Assembly (NCBI GenBank): GCA_035456405.1
Contig: DATIDG010000034.1
Coordinates: forward strand, 22,151 to 86,150
Length of the DNA stretch: 64,000 nucleotides
Source of the DNA: Burkholderiales bacterium
GTDB taxonomy: Bacteria; Pseudomonadota; Gammaproteobacteria; Burkholderiales; SG8-39
Direction: 5' to 3'
Positions 1 to 8,408 of the stretch are shown here, piece after piece; positions within the stretch are counted from its first letter, which is position 1; each line of letters opens with the position of its first letter. The position numbers were made by a program, and so were the translations under genes. The notes beneath the pieces are model-generated. The model saw only the letters and a list, made by a program, of their open reading frames with translations. It made no database searches and had not been told where the DNA came from.

Positions 1-6
1 CGGGCG

Positions 7-1386
7 TTACCGAGGATCGAGACACTTCGGTCCGACCGTGCATGAAGCCGTTGCTGCCTCGTCGCTTCCTTGCACGGAATCGCGATCCCTCTCGGGTGCG
101 ACGAACACCGGTGCGAATCCTCCGCCCGGTGTGCGGAAGTTGGTGGTCTGCCCGGCGTATAGGCGCGCGGCCAAGAGCTGGATCGCGCCCTGATACACAT
201 AGCCCCGCAAGTCCAGCTTGAGGTCGCTTTCGGTGCCGTCCACCTCTACCAGGCGCTCGCTCGGCGGCGCCACGGCCTGGGCCACATAGTCGCCGGCGAG
301 GATCTCCTCCCATACCCGGCGCGTGAGCTTGTCGCCGCGGTAGGCGGCCTTGCTGCCGAAGCCTGACGCTGGCTTGAAGAAGAGCTTGCGGCGCTCGGCC
401 CACAGGGCCTCGGCGCGCGCCGCCGTAACCGCCTCGGTACGCGGCACGCCGGCCAACAGAATGGCTCGCACCGGCGGCGGCACGCCGAGCGCAGTCAGCG
501 ATTCCTCGCTGCTCAGGGTGATGAGGTTGCGCTTGTCGGCGTAAATGGCATGGGCGCGGGGATGGGGCGTGACGACGGCCGCACCCGCTTCGTACGCGGC
601 CCGCAACGCGGCATGTTCGGGCGCCTGCAAGTAGAAGTCTGTCAGTCGGTTGTAAACCAAATCCACCGGCTCTCCGGCGTGGCACAGCGTGTCGTCCTTC
701 CACTCTAGAGCGCGCGCGTCGGCGACGACCGCTGCAAGGCCATGTCGACGGAACAGGCGCTCGAAGTGCTGGAACTCGGGGAAGAGATACTGGCTTGCCG
801 GGTCGTCGTCCACGATCGCGACCCGGCCGAGCGGCGCATCGCCCCGCTGGAGCCGCCATTCCTCGGCAAACATGTTGAAGAACGCCGGTTCCAGCGAGCC
901 GAGATCAGTCGCGGCGTGGAAGGCCCACTCCATCTCCCGGCAGCAGGCCTGCTGGGCGCGCGCGAGAGCGCCGTTCAGCAACGCGCCGCCGGCGTTCGTA
1001 TTGATCTCGATGAGCTGAGGGCCGTGCTTGCCGAGGTGGAAGTCGAAGCCCAGGAATACGGCGCGGGGACCGAAACGGTGCCGCGCAATGAGCGGAGCGC
1101 GGACGAGCGCCTGCTCCTGATAGTCGGGCAGCGCCACGATGCGTTCGATCGCATCGACGAGGGCCGCCACGCGTTCGAGCTGGCGCTCCGAGATGAACAC
1201 GGCGGTCGCGGAGAACAGATGCGGCCGGCGATGCGCGATCTCATCGTGCAGGCCGGCGAGGGCGGGGTCGCTTTCCAACTGGCCGATCAAGCGCTGGGGA
1301 TCGAGGGTGCGGCAGGCGCAGCCTCGATTAAGGCTCTCGGCCGAGGTCGGGCCGGGCGCAGGGCGGTCAGCGGGGGCGGGGTTCAT
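7..1386 (-). CDS. Conserved hypothetical protein, possibly ATP-grasp-like
   Basis: Long ORF (track 7..1473). First ATG with a plausible N-terminus is at 1386 (MNPAPADR...). The segment GPQLIEINTNAGGALL resembles the nucleotide-binding strand of ATP-grasp-type ligases. No firm family assignment by eye. Confidence 0.5.
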   Translation of the reverse strand: MNPAPADRPAPGPTSAESLNRGCACRTLDPQRLIGQLESDPALAGLHDEIAHRRPHLFSATAVFISERQLERVAALVDAIERIVALPDYQEQALVRAPLIARHRFGPRAVFLGFDFHLGKHGPQLIEINTNAGGALLNGALARAQQACCREMEWAFHAATDLGSLEPAFFNMFAEEWRLQRGDAPLGRVAIVDDDPASQYLFPEFQHFERLFRRHGLAAVVADARALEWKDDTLCHAGEPVDLVYNRLTDFYLQAPEHAALRAAYEAGAAVVTPHPRAHAIYADKRNLITLSSEESLTALGVPPPVRAILLAGVPRTEAVTAARAEALWAERRKLFFKPASGFGSKAAYRGDKLTRRVWEEILAGDYVAQAVAPPSERLVEVDGTESDLKLDLRGYVYQGAIQLLAARLYAGQTTNFRTPGGGFAPVFVAPERDRDSVQGSDEAATASCTVGPKCLDPR

Positions 1387-1703
1387 CGGAGTAGCTCGAG
1401 TCAACCGAGGGGTCGGCTGCCGAGCGCCGTGAGGTCCCTTGCACGTGCCGCCTCCGGTGCTCGAACGCCGCAACGGCGTATTGTCGCCCGAAGCGCTTCA
1501 TGTAGTCCGTTGGCAGCAGCTTCCCCCGCGCCGCGGGCAGCGCTGGAGGTGATCGAAAGCCTCGAGCACCAGGCGGTGGGCGTGGATCCGCGCGCGCGGG
1601 ACAGCGTGCTTCAGCTCGTGCAAGTTGTTTGGGGAGGGATATGCGGCGGGCGCCGCCGGACCGGAGGACGTCCTGCGGGACCGAGCGCGCCCGCGGCGTG
1701 CGC

Positions 1704-2240
1704 TCAGGCAGCTTCGTCGTTCGCCGCCTTCGCGAACACCTCCCCGATCTCGTCGAGCTTCCGCTGCAGGGCGAGCCGCTCGAGGCGCTCGAGCCGCAGC
1801 CCCGTGAAGAGGCCGATGCGCCGGAAGAGAACGTCGTAGGCGACGAAGAACGCTCGGCGGATCTTGTCCCGATCGCCCTCGGCCGCCGCAGGGTCGGGCA
1901 CGCCCCAGTGCGCGGTCATCGGCTGGCCCGGCCACATCGGGCAGACCTCGCCTGCGGCCTGGTCGCACACGGTGAACACGAAGTCGAGCTCGGGCGCGCC
2001 CGGTCCCGCGAACTCGTCCCAGCTCTTGCTGCGCAGGCCCTCTGTAGGGAGGCGCGCGTGCAGCAACTGCTCGAGCGCGTAGGGATTGACCTGTCCCGTC
2101 GGGTGGCTTCCGGCGCTGTAGGCGCGAAAACGGTCCTTGCCGACCGCATTGAGGATCGCCTCCGCCATGATCGAGCGCGACGAGTTGCCGGTGCAGAGGA
2201 AGAGGACGTTTGAGGGACGCTGAATTGCGGTGGGGTCCAT
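1704..2240 (-). CDS. arsC: Arsenate reductase, LMW-PTP / thioredoxin-coupled type
   Basis: 178 aa starting MDPTAIQRPSNVLFLCTGNSSRS (CX5R P-loop), plus the TVCDQAAGEVCP Cys pair. ATG at 2238-2240. The upstream part of the 484-aa track ORF is read-through in an open high-GC frame. Confidence 0.9.
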   Translation of the reverse strand: MDPTAIQRPSNVLFLCTGNSSRSIMAEAILNAVGKDRFRAYSAGSHPTGQVNPYALEQLLHARLPTEGLRSKSWDEFAGPGAPELDFVFTVCDQAAGEVCPMWPGQPMTAHWGVPDPAAAEGDRDKIRRAFFVAYDVLFRRIGLFTGLRLERLERLALQRKLDEIGEVFAKAANDEAA

Positions 2241-2450
2241 TGGTTTCTCCGGTCGGGGCGGGCTCGGATCCAACGTGAAAGGATCGAGCGCGGAAGTGAC
2301 GGAATTATTTCGGGCGACGCTTGGGAGCACCGCGCCGGAGACCCTGATCTGCCCAGGGTCGGCCGGCATGCCCGCCCTGCTAGAATCGACCCATCCAATC
2401 AAGGGCTTCGATACGCGCGCAGGCGCTTGTCGGTGCGACCACCCCAGGCC

Positions 2451-2960
2451 ATGAAAGTGTTCGGATTCGCCGGTTGGTCCGGCAGCGGCAAGACGACGCT
2501 CATCGAGCAGCTCATCCCCCGCTTCGTGATGCACGGGCTGACGGTCTCGCTGATCAAGCACGCCCACCACAATTTCGACATCGACCGCCCGGGCAAGGAC
2601 TCGTACCGGCACCGGGAGGCGGGCTGCAAGGAAGTGATGATCGCCTCGGACCACCGCTGGGTCATCATGCACGAGCTGCGCGGCGCGCTCGAGCCGTCGC
2701 TCGAGCAGCAGATCGCGCGCATCGCGCCGTGCGACCTGCTGCTGATCGAGGGCTACAAGCACTATCCCATGCCGAAGCTCGAGATCTTCCGCGAGGCGAA
2801 CGGCAAGCCGCCCCTGCATCCGGACGACCCGCACATCGTGGCGATCGCCACCGATCGGGCGTTCGGGTCGCGTCTGCCCCAGTTCGGCCTCAACGACTAC
2901 GACGCGATCGCCGAGTTCGTGCTCGTCCACCTCGGCCTCGCGCGGACGATGACCGCATGA
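2451..2960 (+). CDS. mobB: Molybdopterin-guanine dinucleotide biosynthesis adapter protein MobB
   Basis: MKVFGFAGWSGSGKTTLIEQLI Walker A and HHNFDIDRPGKDSYRH motif. Stop overlaps the moeA start (ATGA). Confidence 0.85.
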   Translation: MKVFGFAGWSGSGKTTLIEQLIPRFVMHGLTVSLIKHAHHNFDIDRPGKDSYRHREAGCKEVMIASDHRWVIMHELRGALEPSLEQQIARIAPCDLLLIEGYKHYPMPKLEIFREANGKPPLHPDDPHIVAIATDRAFGSRLPQFGLNDYDAIAEFVLVHLGLARTMTA

Positions 2961-4177
2961 GCGAGGCGCCGCTCTCGGTCGAGGAGGCGCTCGAGCGGCT
3001 GCTGGCAGGCGCGCGCTGCGTGGGCGAGGTCGAGACCGTGCCCACGATGGCCGCGACGGGGCGCGTCCTCGCACGCGCGCAGACGTCGTCGCTGAACGTC
3101 CCGCCGCTCGACAACACCTCGATGGACGGCTACGCGGTGCGCGCAGCGGACTGTGCATCGGGCGTGGCGCGGCTGCGCGTCGCGCAGCGCATCCCGGCCG
3201 GCGCGGTCGGCAAGCCGCTCGAGCCGGGAACCGCCGCGCGCATCTTCACCGGCGCACCGATCCCGCCCGGCGCCGACGCGGTGGTGATGCAGGAGCAGGC
3301 CGAGGCGGCCGGCGACGATGTGATCGTGAAGCACGCGCCGAAGCCGGGCGAGTGGATCCGCCGCGCCGGCGAGGACATCCGCGCGGGGAGCACGATCCTC
3401 GAGGCGGGCGCGCGGCTGCGCGCGCAGGAGATCGGGCTGGCCGCGTCGGTCGGAATCGCGTCGCTGCCGGTGTTCAGGCGGGTGAGGGTGGCGCTCTTCT
3501 CCACCGGCAACGAACTGGTCATGCCCGGCGAGCCGCTGCCCGAAGGCGCGATCTACAACTCCAACCGCTTCACGCTCATCGGGCTGCTGCAGACGCTCGG
3601 CTGCGAGGTCGCCGATCTCGGCATCGTCCCGGACGCGCTGGAATCCACGCGCGCCGCGCTGCGCGAGGCGGCGGGGATCAGCGATCTCATCATCACCTCG
3701 GGCGGGGTGTCGGTCGGCGACGAGGATCACGTCAAGGCGGCGGTCGATGCGGAGGGGCGGCTCGACCTCTGGCGTATCGCGATCAAGCCCGGGCGACCCC
3801 TCGCGTATGGCGCCGTGCGCCGCGCGGCGGGCGCCGAGGCGAGCTTCATCGGGCTGCCGGGGAACCCGGTGTCGAGCTTCGTGACCTTCATGCTGTTCGT
3901 GCGCCCGTTCGTGCTGCGGCTGCAGGGCGCTGTCGAAATCGGGGCGAAGAGCTACGCCGCGCGCGCCGATTTCGACTGGCCGAAGCCGGATGCCCGGCGC
4001 GAGTTCTTGCGCGTAAGATTCAACCGCGAGGGCGGGCTCGATCTCTTTCCGAACCAGAGCTCGGGCGTGCTCACCTCGACCGTGTGGGGCGACGGGCTGC
4101 TCGACAACCCGGCGAAGCACGCGATCAAGCGGGGCGACACGGTCCGTTTCCTGCCCTTTGCCGAACTCTTGCACTGA
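2957..4177 (+). CDS. moeA: Molybdopterin molybdenumtransferase MoeA
   Basis: 406 aa starting MSEAPLSVEEALERLL. Contains PPLDNTSMDGYAV, SGGVSVGDEDHVK and GLPGNPVSSFVTF, typical of MoeA. Confidence 0.9.
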   Translation: MSEAPLSVEEALERLLAGARCVGEVETVPTMAATGRVLARAQTSSLNVPPLDNTSMDGYAVRAADCASGVARLRVAQRIPAGAVGKPLEPGTAARIFTGAPIPPGADAVVMQEQAEAAGDDVIVKHAPKPGEWIRRAGEDIRAGSTILEAGARLRAQEIGLAASVGIASLPVFRRVRVALFSTGNELVMPGEPLPEGAIYNSNRFTLIGLLQTLGCEVADLGIVPDALESTRAALREAAGISDLIITSGGVSVGDEDHVKAAVDAEGRLDLWRIAIKPGRPLAYGAVRRAAGAEASFIGLPGNPVSSFVTFMLFVRPFVLRLQGAVEIGAKSYAARADFDWPKPDARREFLRVRFNREGGLDLFPNQSSGVLTSTVWGDGLLDNPAKHAIKRGDTVRFLPFAELLH

Positions 4178-4180
4178 CCG

Positions 4181-4435
4181 ATGCTGAAGCTGCTCTACTT
4201 CGCCCGGCTGCGCGAGGACCTCGGGACGGGCATCGAGGAGATGGCGCTGCCCCCGGGCGTGACGACCGTCGCGGGCCTGCGCGCGCACCTGGTCGCGCGC
4301 GGGGGCACCTGGGCGAGCGTGCTCGCCAACGGCAAGGCCCTGCGGGTCGCGGTCAATCAGGACATGGCCGAGCCGTCGACGCCGATCAAGGCGGGCGACG
4401 AGGTCGCCTTTTTCCCTCCGGTCACCGGGGGCTGA
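4181..4435 (+). CDS. moaD: Molybdopterin synthase sulfur-carrier subunit MoaD
   Basis: 84 aa with a ubiquitin-like pattern, ending in FFPPVTGG (C-terminal Gly-Gly). Confidence 0.9.
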   Translation: MLKLLYFARLREDLGTGIEEMALPPGVTTVAGLRAHLVARGGTWASVLANGKALRVAVNQDMAEPSTPIKAGDEVAFFPPVTGG

Positions 4436-4437
4436 CG

Positions 4438-4911
4438 GTGCCGACGATCCGGATCCAGACCGAAGACTTCGACGCGGGCGCGGAGATCGCGAAGATCCGC
4501 GCCGGCAACCCGAAGGTCGGCGCGGTCGCGAGCTTCGTCGGCGTCTGCCGCGACACGAACGACGGCGACGCGGTCGCGACGATGACGCTCGAGCACTATC
4601 CCGGCATGACCGAGAAGGCGCTGGCGAAGATCGTGGACGAGGCGATCGCGCGCTGGCGCGTCATCGACGTCATCGTCGTGCACCGGGTCGGCGAGCTGAA
4701 GCCGACCGACCAGATCGTGCTCGTCGTCGTGTCCGGCGGGCACCGCGGCGACGCCTTCGCCGCGTGCGAGTTCATCATGGACTACCTCAAGACGCGCGCG
4801 CCGTTCTGGAAGAAGGAGCAGACGCCGGAGGGCGCGCGCTGGGTCGAGGCGCGCACCTCCGACGACGACGCGGCGGAGCGCTGGGCCGCGGGGAAGAAAG
4901 ACGCGGCGTGA
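4438..4911 (+). CDS. moaE: Molybdopterin synthase catalytic subunit MoaE
   Basis: GTG start 3 nt after the moaD stop. Contains EHYPGMTEKAL, VHRVGEL.P.D and APFWKKE motifs. Confidence 0.9.
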   Translation: MPTIRIQTEDFDAGAEIAKIRAGNPKVGAVASFVGVCRDTNDGDAVATMTLEHYPGMTEKALAKIVDEAIARWRVIDVIVVHRVGELKPTDQIVLVVVSGGHRGDAFAACEFIMDYLKTRAPFWKKEQTPEGARWVEARTSDDDAAERWAAGKKDAA

Positions 4912-5297
4912 GCGCGACCGCGTCCGGCCTGGCTGCGGTCGGGGTGGGCGCGGTGCTCGGCGCGTGGCTGCGCTGGGGCCTCGGCGCGTGGCTCAACCCG
5001 GTGCTCCCGGACCTGCCGCTCGGCACGGTCGCCGCGAATGCGGTGGGTGGCCTGCTGATCGGCGTCGCGATCCAGCTCTTCGCAGACCACCCGGGCGTCC
5101 CGCCCGAGATGCGGCTCGCCGTGATCACCGGCTTCCTCGGCGCGCTCACCACGTTCTCGACCTTCTCGGCCGAGGCCGTCGCGCTGCTCGGGCGCGCGCA
5201 GTGGACGTGGGCCGCGGCGCACATCGGGAGTCACCTGTTCGCCTCGATCAGCCTCACGATCGCCGGCATGTACGCGGTGCGCTGGCTGAAGGGATAG
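4908..5297 (+). CDS. crcB: Fluoride channel CrcB/FluC
   Basis: GTG overlaps the moaE TGA (GTGA). 129-aa four-helix membrane protein with GTVAANAVGGLLIG and GFLGALTTFSTFS motifs. Confidence 0.85.
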   Translation: MSATASGLAAVGVGAVLGAWLRWGLGAWLNPVLPDLPLGTVAANAVGGLLIGVAIQLFADHPGVPPEMRLAVITGFLGALTTFSTFSAEAVALLGRAQWTWAAAHIGSHLFASISLTIAGMYAVRWLKG

Positions 5298-5301
5298 TCG
5301 G

Positions 5302-5613
5302 ATGGAGAAGGGGGTCGCGCTCGTCCTGTACGTCGCCGAGAAGCGCCGCCACGACGGCCGGCTGCTCTACGAGTGGCTCATCGAGAAGGCGCGCGACACG
5401 GGGCTCCCGGGCGGGTCGGCGCTCCGCGCGATCGAGGGGTTCGGGCGCCACGGCCTGCACCACGAGCGCTTCTTCGAGCTGGCGGGCGACCTGCCGGTCG
5501 TCCTGCACTTCGTGAGCACGCCGGCGCTCGCCGAGCGCTTCCTCGCGCTGCTCGCGGCCGAGAAACTCGACCTCTTCGTGGTCCGGTACGAGGTCGAGTT
5601 CGGCGTGGTCTGA
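5302..5613 (+). CDS. DUF190 (PII-like) protein, commonly a crcB partner
   Basis: 103 aa with the LYEWLIEKARDTGLPGGSALRAIEGFG...DLPVVLHFV pattern typical of DUF190. Starts 4 nt after crcB. Confidence 0.7.
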   Translation: MEKGVALVLYVAEKRRHDGRLLYEWLIEKARDTGLPGGSALRAIEGFGRHGLHHERFFELAGDLPVVLHFVSTPALAERFLALLAAEKLDLFVVRYEVEFGVV

Positions 5614-5618
5614 CGCGG

Positions 5619-6275
5619 CTACTTCTCCGCGGCCTTCTCGCCCTTCGCGGCGTCCTCGGACTTCCGGTCGGCGGGCTTTTCCGGCTCCTCGGGCTCCTTG
5701 TGCGCGATGCCCTGGTGGCAGTCGATGCACGTGATCCTGCCGCCGCTCTTGCGCGCTTTCTCGTGGCGGCTCTGCGCCATCGGCCGCTGCTCGGACAGCG
5801 CCATCCGGTCCCAGTCGTGGCAGTGACGGCAGTTGGCCGAGTCGTTCGCCCTCATCTCGTCCCAGACGTGGTTCGCCATTCGCCAGCGCTCTTTCTCGTA
5901 CTTCTCCTGCGTCGAGATGACGCCCCTGGCCTCGCCGATGATGTCCTTGATCCCGGCCTTTGCCTTGTAGACGAGCTTCGCCGGATAGCTGTGCGGGATG
6001 TGGCAGTCGGCGCACGTGGCCGACACGCCGGCCTTGTTCGCGTAGTGGGTGCTCTCCTTGTACTCGGGCAGCGTGAAGGCCTTCATCGAGTGGCAGGCTT
6101 CGCCGCAGAACTCGACCGTCCCGGTCCTCTTCACCATCACGTCGGTGACGATCACGCCGCCGGCGCCGATCACGATGCCGACGACGACCAGCGACAGCAC
6201 GGACCACTGCGCGGTCGGGGAGGTGAGAGCGCGCCAAGTGCGCTTGATGAACCCGGGTCTGGAGGCATCGGCCAT
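5619..6275 (-). CDS. NapC/NirT/NrfH-family membrane tetrahaem cytochrome c (quinol dehydrogenase type) with an atypical CX3CH first haem site
   Basis: N-terminal TM helix, then haem sites CGEACH(SM), CADCH, CRHCH and CIDCH. ATG at 6275 is preceded by AAGGAGA. The track start at 6299 is a GTG inside the predicted promoter. Confidence 0.85.
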   Translation of the reverse strand: MADASRPGFIKRTWRALTSPTAQWSVLSLVVVGIVIGAGGVIVTDVMVKRTGTVEFCGEACHSMKAFTLPEYKESTHYANKAGVSATCADCHIPHSYPAKLVYKAKAGIKDIIGEARGVISTQEKYEKERWRMANHVWDEMRANDSANCRHCHDWDRMALSEQRPMAQSRHEKARKSGGRITCIDCHQGIAHKEPEEPEKPADRKSEDAAKGEKAAEK

Positions 6276-6303
6276 TCTTGGTCTCCTTGTTTGAGGCACC
6301 GGG

Positions 6304-6333
6304 TGTATACCAAGACGGCTCGTAGTCCGTCAA
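6304..6333 (-). promoter_or_regulatory. Candidate sigma-70 promoter for the NapC/NirT-like gene
   Basis: Minus strand reads TTGACG, an 18-nt spacer, then TATACA. This lies about 30 nt upstream of the ATG at 6275. Confidence 0.3.
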
Positions 6334-6372
6334 ACGCGCGCCGGAGCGGCGATCCTGCGCATCGATGACAAA

Positions 6373-6390
6373 GGGCGGCCGGAGCCGCCC
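6373..6390 (-). terminator. GC-rich hairpin after the six-haem cytochrome gene (weak terminator or attenuator)
   Basis: gggcggc-cgga-gccgccc. On the minus strand it is followed only by TTTG, so the U-tract is poor. Confidence 0.3.
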
Positions 6391-6412
6391 CTTCGCCCGC
6401 GTGCCCCCTGCG

Positions 6413-7618
6413 CTACTTCTTGTAGAAGTATTCCGGAGCGCTGGTCGCGCGCGGGGTCGCCTTACGCGCTTGGTTCGGGTTGAAGGTGTGCGTGGCGACG
6501 AACAGATTCTGGGCGGTGCTAGCCGTGCCGGGCATGATCTTGTCTACGTCGTACTTCGAGCGATGGCATTCCCTGCACGTCGCGCGCGATTCGATCAGCG
6601 CCTTGCCGGCCACCGCATGCGACGAGTGGCAATCCGAGCAGCTCAGCGGGTTCTCCTTGTCCCTGTAGTGTTTCGACTGGATGAACTCCTGATATTCCTG
6701 GTGGTGCTTGCGCGCGTCGTACAGGCCGCTTTTCTGCGACTGCTCGTCGAGCCAAAACGCGTTGTTGAGGTCCGTCTTCGGGTAGTTCTGGTTCACCGGC
6801 TGCGCGGGATTCACACCCGGGATCAGCATCTTGTCCGGATACCACTTGCGCCAGTCGTCCTGGCCCGCCTTGAACGTCTGGCCGACCACCGGATGCGGCT
6901 GGTCCTCCCGCGGGTTCCCCTGCGCGGTCTTGAAGTGCTCGTTCTCCTTGCGGACGTGGCAATAGCCGCAGACGAGCGAGGCTTGCTCCTTGCTGGCTTT
7001 CCCGGGGTTAAAGACGTCGGCGCCCCTGGCCGACTGAACATGCTTGGCGCCCGGGCCGTGGCAGGCCTCGCAGCCGGTGTTATGCTCGGACATCGCGACC
7101 TTCTGCGCGGCCGGGTTCTCCGGGTCATAGGAGAGCAGCCGATAGCCGGTCGCGTGGCAGGTCGCGCACTGCGTCTCCCAGTCGTTCTTCTGGCCGTAGT
7201 TCTCCCACTGCTTGTGCACCGTGTTCCACTGCTTGTCCATGAACTGGAGGTTGCCGGTCGCCGGATTCTTCACGAGATAGCGCTGCTTCCAGAACGAACC
7301 GACGACGAGCTGCACGTCCTCGAGCTTGTAGGGCTTGCCGTCTATGTTGCCTCTTGTCGGTCCGGCCGTGCCCTTTGCGTCCTTCGCCCAGTTGTCGCCG
7401 GCACCCTTGAGCAAGCCGTCTTTGAGCGTGCGGATCATCTTCGAGTGGTAGGTGTCCTTCCATGTGCGGTACTCGGCCTGGTGGCACTTCTGGCACGCCT
7501 CGGAGCCGACAAACCCGTCGGCGGTCGGTCCGCCGGGGCCTGTTACACAACCCGCAGTCACCGCGCCGAGCAGCGCGAGCAACGCAACGGCCAGCCAACC
7601 CAGCATCGTCCTTGTCAT
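6413..7618 (-). CDS. Periplasmic six-haem c-type cytochrome, probable lipoprotein
   Basis: Signal peptide with lipobox MTRTMLGWLAVALLALLGAVTAGC. Six CXXCH sites: CQKCH, CATCH, CEACH, CGYCH, CSDCH, CRECH. ATG at 7618. No CXXCK site. Confidence 0.8.
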   Translation of the reverse strand: MTRTMLGWLAVALLALLGAVTAGCVTGPGGPTADGFVGSEACQKCHQAEYRTWKDTYHSKMIRTLKDGLLKGAGDNWAKDAKGTAGPTRGNIDGKPYKLEDVQLVVGSFWKQRYLVKNPATGNLQFMDKQWNTVHKQWENYGQKNDWETQCATCHATGYRLLSYDPENPAAQKVAMSEHNTGCEACHGPGAKHVQSARGADVFNPGKASKEQASLVCGYCHVRKENEHFKTAQGNPREDQPHPVVGQTFKAGQDDWRKWYPDKMLIPGVNPAQPVNQNYPKTDLNNAFWLDEQSQKSGLYDARKHHQEYQEFIQSKHYRDKENPLSCSDCHSSHAVAGKALIESRATCRECHRSKYDVDKIMPGTASTAQNLFVATHTFNPNQARKATPRATSAPEYFYKK

Positions 7619-7786
7619 CGGTGATTCCCCTGTGAACGCGTGCGCGGCCAAGTTCACTCGCACGTCCGAAAGAAAGTACGCTGCAACCCGCCGTTCGGCC
7701 ATTGGCCGATCGACCGATATGCTACCTCTTCTGGCACGGATCCCGTTACACCGGCGACTTCCGGACCCCTGCGGGTACGGAAGGTG

Positions 7787-8383
7787 TCAGCGCTTGAGGC
7801 GCACCCAGAGGCCTTCGTCTTGCTCGAGCTCCTCGAGCCGCGTCTCGACCTCGTACAGCGTTGCGTCGATCTCGGGGAGGAGCACGTCCTGCAGCGCCCG
7901 CACCCGGCGCACCGTGCGCCGGTACTCCTGGTACAGGCGCTCGAGATTGCCGATCATCGCGGCCATCTCGACCAGCTTCGGCAGCAGCTTCGCGAACGCT
8001 ACCCGTGCGGCCTCGGCCTCCGGCGACGGGTTCGGCGCCGGCTCGGCCTTGTTCGCCACCCCTTCCAGCCGCGCCTCGAGCAGCGCCACGCCGAGCAGCG
8101 ACTTGCGGTGCGTGTGGACGTGCTGCGGCGAGGCGTCGGCCGGCGGATAGCACTGCACGCCCTGCAGGCCGTGGCGGCCGGCCGCGAGCTGAAGCGCGCG
8201 GAGCGCCCCTTTCTGCAGCTCCGCCAGCTCGGCACGCAGCTTCTCGAAGCGGCGCACCTCCTGCAGCATCGCGCCGGCGAGCAGCAGGCACTTCTCGTCT
8301 AGGAATGCGTAGCCCTCGTGCATCGTCCGGCGCTCGTCCTTGAGCGCGATGACGACGCTGCGGGTGGGGGTGATGTCGCTCAT
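7787..8383 (-). CDS. atpD: V/A-type ATPase subunit D (central stalk)
   Basis: 198-aa coiled-coil protein starting MSDITPTRS. C-terminal segment EYRRTVRRVRALQDVLLPEIDATLYEVETRLEELE is typical of subunit D. Last gene of the operon. Confidence 0.85.
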   Translation of the reverse strand: MSDITPTRSVVIALKDERRTMHEGYAFLDEKCLLLAGAMLQEVRRFEKLRAELAELQKGALRALQLAAGRHGLQGVQCYPPADASPQHVHTHRKSLLGVALLEARLEGVANKAEPAPNPSPEAEAARVAFAKLLPKLVEMAAMIGNLERLYQEYRRTVRRVRALQDVLLPEIDATLYEVETRLEELEQDEGLWVRLKR

Positions 8384-8408
8384 ACGGTGTGCATGCGGGT
8401 CGAGCTGC

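Noticed and set aside
742-1839. Long antisense or out-of-frame ORFs throughout the six-frame track. Examples: 742-1839, 2897-4288, 5254-6333, 6365-7624, 9952-11706, 11731-13482, 13035-14930, 19639-22032, 26357-28222, 35612-38158, 41618-44077, 45336-47750, 49653-51329, 51142-52581, 54726-55970.
   Set aside because: They overlap genes that have clear family motifs. They are Arg/Ala/Pro/Gly-rich and low in complexity, lack RBS context, and are the expected shadow ORFs of stop-codon-poor high-GC DNA.
2241-2450. Possible Moco riboswitch in the arsC/mobB divergent region. It has an imperfect hairpin gctcggatcc...ggatcgagc and a GAAAGG element.
   Set aside because: I could not reconstruct the conserved Moco-motif helices or core nucleotides by eye. 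It needs an Rfam covariance-model scan before it can be claimed.
1704-3158. Apparent giant ORFs that would suggest fusion proteins: the 484-aa 'ArsC', the 828-aa 'subunit A' (9781-12267), the 693-aa 'subunit I' and the 848-aa frame over clpB.
   Set aside because: The recognisable domain starts at an internal ATG/GTG, often in an ATGA/GTGA overlap with the preceding gene. The N-terminal extensions are compositionally junk or overlap real genes.
7619-7786. Possible promoter, terminator or FNR site between atpD and the six-haem cytochrome gene. Features noted: the gtgaac-N14-gttcac hairpin, a compound hairpin after the atpD stop, and TGGCAC on the wrong strand.
   Set aside because: None fits a consensus with correct strand and spacing. 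Whether the cytochrome genes are co-transcribed with the ATPase operon cannot be decided from sequence.
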